Part shown: piece by piece, positions 60,292 through 64,000 of the stretch
Layout: every line of letters starts with the position of its first letter
Position numbering within the stretch: the first letter of the stretch is position 1
Assembly (NCBI GenBank): GCA_965267575.1
Contig: OZ254086.1
Coordinates: forward strand, 2,240,001-2,304,000
Length of the DNA: 64,000 bases
Source: Calditrichales bacterium
GTDB lineage: Bacteria; Calditrichota; Calditrichia; Calditrichales; J004
Reading direction: 5' to 3'
Translations under genes and position numbers: made by a program
Notes under the pieces: model-generated
The model's database searches: none
What the model was told of the DNA's origin: nothing
What the model saw: only the letters and a program-made list of their open reading frames with translations

Positions 60292-61389
60292 ATGGAAAAT
60301 AACGAAAATCTGAATGGCGATAAAATTCTTGATATGCTGGATAGCGCGCAGGGCCTGTACGACCTTACGCGGGAAATGAATAAACTGAAACGCGTGGCCG
60401 CGGATCGCAGCGCCGATCCCGTGGAGCGCCAGGAAGCGTATGAAGATATCATCGATTCCGAAGTGGGCGATACAAGTTTTGTGCGGGCCCGCAATATCGA
60501 ACGTGAAAGCAGCCTGCGCCAGATCTTTTTCAAATTTGAAGGAAACAATCCCACCGGCACACAAAAAGACAGGATTGCTTTTGCCCAGGCTTTGGACGCG
60601 CTGCGCCGCGATTACGATTGCCTCACTATGGCCACCTGCGGCAATTATGGCGCCGCCTGCGCTTTCGCCGTTTCCCTCGCCGGTTTGCGCTGCCAGATAT
60701 TTATTCCGGAGCAGTTTCACACCCGCCGCGTGAAGGAGATGGAGCAGTTTGGCGCCGAGATCATTCGCGTGCAGGGCGATTACGAAACGGCCGTGCGGAT
60801 GTCGCAGGAGCATGCCGCCAAAAACGAGGTGTATGATGCCAACCCCGGCGGCGCAAATACCATGCTGCAACTGCGCGCCTATGGTGAGATAGCCTACGAA
60901 ATCTACGACGAATTGCGCGACGCTCCTGCGGCCGTGGCCGTCCCCGTTTCCAACGGCACTACGCTGGCCGGGGTGTACAAGGGCTTTCTCAGCTTGTACC
61001 GCCGCGGAAAGACCAGCCGCATGCCGCGCTTTATCGCCGGTTCCAGCTGGAACAAGAATCCCATTGTGCAGGCCGTGCTGAAAAACCTGGATACCTGTGA
61101 AGATCTGGTGCCCGAACGCATCCGCGAAACCGAGGTGAACGAACCGCTGATAAACTGGCACAGCATCGACGGCGACCAGGCTTTATGGGCCGTGCGCGAA
61201 AGTAACGGCTGGGCCGGGCATGCCAGTGATAAAAACCTGCTGGCCTGGGCCCGTAAGCTGCGCGAAAAAGAAGGGCTGCACGTTTTGCCGGCGTCAACAG
61301 CGGGGCTGCACGCCCTGCTGGCGCAGCATCAAAAAGAACCGCTGAATAACGACCGCTACGTGGTTGTGCTAACCGGAAGGAGGGACTGA
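60292..61389 (+). CDS. Fold-type II PLP-dependent enzyme (threonine synthase-like)
   Basis: KFEGNNPTGTQKDR (PLP Lys), TCGNYG, VPVSNGTT, VVVLTG. Confidence 0.85.
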   Translation: MENNENLNGDKILDMLDSAQGLYDLTREMNKLKRVAADRSADPVERQEAYEDIIDSEVGDTSFVRARNIERESSLRQIFFKFEGNNPTGTQKDRIAFAQALDALRRDYDCLTMATCGNYGAACAFAVSLAGLRCQIFIPEQFHTRRVKEMEQFGAEIIRVQGDYETAVRMSQEHAAKNEVYDANPGGANTMLQLRAYGEIAYEIYDELRDAPAAVAVPVSNGTTLAGVYKGFLSLYRRGKTSRMPRFIAGSSWNKNPIVQAVLKNLDTCEDLVPERIRETEVNEPLINWHSIDGDQALWAVRESNGWAGHASDKNLLAWARKLREKEGLHVLPASTAGLHALLAQHQKEPLNNDRYVVVLTGRRD

Positions 61390-61390
61390 T

Positions 61391-62458
61391 ATGGCCCTGG
61401 ATGGAAAGGCCATTGTTTATTGTGACGCAGCGTTTAACACACCCAACGGAAAAACCGCCCACGGCCTGGTGCGCTTTACCGAGCGCTACGATGTTCTGGC
61501 CGTGATTGACCAGCGCTATGCCGGGCAGGACGCGGGTGAGGTGTTGGATGGCAAAAGTCGCGACATTCCGGTGGTGGACAACCTGGAGGCCGCACTGAAA
61601 GGACCGGGCAAAGGCGCCAAATTTTTTGTGATCGGTATAGCGCCGGATGGCGGGCGTCTGAGCGTAGCGGCGCGTGAAACGGTTAAAGAGGCCATCGGCA
61701 TCGGGTTGAATATCGATTGCGGTCTGCATGATTTTCTGACCGAAGACCCTGTGATAAGCACCCTGGCCCGGGAAAAGAAAATCCAGATCCGCGATGTGCG
61801 CAAGCCGCCGGAAAGATCGGAGCTGCACTTTTTTACCGGACGCATCGAAGAGGTGAAAGCGCTCAAAATTGCCATGCTGGGCACCGATTCCGCCGTGGGT
61901 AAACGCACCAGCGCCTGGATTCTGGTGCACGCGCTACGCAAGCTGGACATCAAAACAGAGTTGATTGGCACCGGGCAGACCGCCTGGATGCAGGGCGCCA
62001 AATACGGCGTGGTGATGGACAGCCTGATAAATGATTTTGTAAGCGGAGAGATTGAGCATGCCGTGGTCAGTGCCTGGGACAATGAAAAGCCGCAGGTGAT
62101 CGTCATCGAAGGGCAGGGCAGCATCATGAACCCGGCTTATCCGGGCGGCTTTGAGATACTTGCCGCCGGCCGGCCCGATCTGATCTTTCTGCAGCACGCG
62201 CCCATGCGTGAAGATTATGACGGTTTCCCCGGCTACAGGCTGCATCCCCTGCCGCAGCAAATCGCCGTGCTGGAAATGCTTTCCGGTAAAAAAGTAGCGG
62301 CGATTACATTGAACCATGAAGAGATGAAAAAGACGGAGATAGACAGCTATTGCAGCGCGATGAGCCGCACCCTGGGTCTGCCGGTGTACGATCCGCTGTT
62401 TCACGGAGGCGGCGAGCTGGCCCGGCTGATCAAGGAGGAATATCTTTTGACAGAATAG
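61391..62458 (+). CDS. DUF1611 (DgcN-like) P-loop protein
   Basis: GKTAHGLVR, GIAPDGG, GLH.FL, GTDSAVGKRT, TGQT, EGQGS. Confidence 0.85.
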   Translation: MALDGKAIVYCDAAFNTPNGKTAHGLVRFTERYDVLAVIDQRYAGQDAGEVLDGKSRDIPVVDNLEAALKGPGKGAKFFVIGIAPDGGRLSVAARETVKEAIGIGLNIDCGLHDFLTEDPVISTLAREKKIQIRDVRKPPERSELHFFTGRIEEVKALKIAMLGTDSAVGKRTSAWILVHALRKLDIKTELIGTGQTAWMQGAKYGVVMDSLINDFVSGEIEHAVVSAWDNEKPQVIVIEGQGSIMNPAYPGGFEILAAGRPDLIFLQHAPMREDYDGFPGYRLHPLPQQIAVLEMLSGKKVAAITLNHEEMKKTEIDSYCSAMSRTLGLPVYDPLFHGGGELARLIKEEYLLTE

Positions 62459-62607
62459 ACAGAGCGTACGGGATAGAAGAGGAAAAAAAGTTCATTCGGC
62501 CAGCTTAACAGGCCGGTTCAATGAATCTGTAGATTTTTATAATTCAATCCGGGCAATCCTGTAATCCTGTCCAATTTTTCTGGAACCCGGACAAAACGGA
62601 GAAGATA

Positions 62608-64000
62608 ATGGCACAATTGGAGCAGAACGCGCTGGTCTGGCAGCGTCTGGATGTCGGCCCGGTTACAATCGAAAAAAAGCGGATAAAGGCGCGCTATGCC
62701 GTCACCACGGAGAAAGGCACGGAAGAGACGTTTCTCTCCTTCAGCTACGAAGAAGAGGTGTTTGACCCGGCAACTCCGGCGGACTCCAACCTGGCGATGA
62801 TGATTGCTGTGCAGCCTGCGCTCAACTATGGTCTGTTTGCAAAAGAAATCGTTTTTCATGGGTTGTTTGATGCCCAGGACCGGCGCTTTATCCGCGATAT
62901 GACCGAGAATACCTCGCGTGAGATTTATGTAAACAAATTGCTGGCGCCGAATGTTTTTCTTACCGGTGAAATGGCAAAGCTGAAACCGGAAAAACGTGAT
63001 CGCTACACGCTTGCCAACCTGCGCTTTGAAAAAGATCCCAAAACCAACCGCGCGCCATGGAAAATGTGGAACGGCGATCCGTCGCGCTACGCGGTGCTCT
63101 CCAGTGGCGGTAAGGACAGCCTGCTGACATACGGCCTGCTCAACGAGGCCGGGCTGGAAACACACCCGCTTTTTGTCAACGAGTCCGGGCGGCACTGGTT
63201 TACAGCGCTCAATTCCTACCGCCATTTCAGCGAATCCATCGCCCACACCGGCCGCGTCTGGACCGATTGCGACCGGCTGTTCAATTTTATGCTGCGCCAG
63301 ATGCCCTTTATCCGCAAAGACTACGCCGATGTGCGCGCCGATATGTACCCGATCCGTTTGTGGACGGTGGCTGTGTTCCTTTTTGCCGTGTTGCCTGTGG
63401 TGCGTCGCCGCGGCATCGGGCGCCTGCTCATCGGAGATGAATACGACACCACCCTGCGCGAAACCACCCACGGCATCCGCCATTACGCCGGCTTGTTTGA
63501 CCAAAGCCGCTTTTTTGACGAGCAGTTGTCGCGCTATTTTTTGGCGAAAGGCTGGGCCATTGCCCAGTTTTCGGTGTTGCGGCCTCTTTCCGAACTGCTG
63601 ATAATGAAGATTCTCTCCAACCGCTACCCGCAGCTTCAGGCCCAACAGGTCTCCTGCCATGCCGCGCACAAAGGCGAAGACGGCCGCATCTATCCTTGCG
63701 GCAAATGTGAAAAGTGCCGGCGCATTGTCGGAATGCTGCAGGCCATCGGCGGCGATCCCAAAAACTGCGGCTACAATGACCGCCAGATAGAAGAGTGCCT
63801 GGAGGCGCTGATGAAGGGCGGCATCCACCAGGAAGAAGAAGGCTATTTGCAGATGATGCACATGTTGCAGCAGAAGAAAAAAATTCCGCTGCAGCCGGCG
63901 TTTCGCAGCCACCCGGAGGTGCTTATGCTGCGTTTCGATCGTGAACACGCCATGCCGGAATATATCCCGGCCGACCTGCGCCATCAGATCTACCCGCTCT
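62608..64000 (+). CDS. PP-loop ATPase with Zn-binding Cys cluster (MurL/QueC-like), 3'-truncated; absent from ORF track
   Basis: Open frame from ATG 62608 (MAQLEQNALVWQRLDVGP...) to the window end; LSSGGKDS and QVSCH...CGKCEKC. Confidence 0.8.
   Translation, partial: MAQLEQNALVWQRLDVGPVTIEKKRIKARYAVTTEKGTEETFLSFSYEEEVFDPATPADSNLAMMIAVQPALNYGLFAKEIVFHGLFDAQDRRFIRDMTENTSREIYVNKLLAPNVFLTGEMAKLKPEKRDRYTLANLRFEKDPKTNRAPWKMWNGDPSRYAVLSSGGKDSLLTYGLLNEAGLETHPLFVNESGRHWFTALNSYRHFSESIAHTGRVWTDCDRLFNFMLRQMPFIRKDYADVRADMYPIRLWTVAVFLFAVLPVVRRRGIGRLLIGDEYDTTLRETTHGIRHYAGLFDQSRFFDEQLSRYFLAKGWAIAQFSVLRPLSELLIMKILSNRYPQLQAQQVSCHAAHKGEDGRIYPCGKCEKCRRIVGMLQAIGGDPKNCGYNDRQIEECLEALMKGGIHQEEEGYLQMMHMLQQKKKIPLQPAFRSHPEVLMLRFDREHAMPEYIPADLRHQIYPL

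Noticed and set aside
62518-63984. 488-aa minus-strand ORF
   Set aside because: Shadow of the real plus-strand PP-loop gene starting at 62608

Overview
Bacterial chromosomal window. Core genes are moderately GC-rich; gene content and some promoter motifs look FCB-group-like, but the taxonomy is only an impression. From left to right: the end of a 2-oxoacid dehydrogenase E1-beta/E2 operon, YgfZ and DUF2203; a minus-strand operon of a 1000-aa P-loop NTPase, three MscS channels, DUF432 and CorA; and a complete heme pathway cluster (hemH divergent from ccsA/hemX-hemA-hemC-hemD-hemE-hemN-hemG-hemB-hemL). The heme cluster is interrupted by a REP-flanked Y1 (RAYT-like) transposase and by a GxxExxY nuclease-fold gene framed by 30-bp inverted arms of 9-mer repeats; an empty copy of those arms lies one gene downstream. 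Next come an AT-rich defence island (C5 methyltransferase, MORC-like GHKL/histidine kinase fusion, receiver-domain protein, Vsr, HNH), a PIN toxin-antitoxin pair, and a YnjE-like rhodanese-SufS-SufE sulfur relay. A ~20-kb co-oriented run of small accessory genes follows, ending in a BglII/BstYI-family RM system next to tRNA-Thr(CGT). The window ends with DUF971, pepT, dusB, a porin and an operon of a fold-II PLP enzyme, DUF1611 and a truncated PP-loop/Zn MurL/QueC-like protein that the ORF track misses. Intergenic DNA is densely populated by GTCA-type REP/REPIN palindromes and by 7-, 8- and 9-mer periodic repeat arrays. All assignments come from motif recognition by eye; no database search was run.
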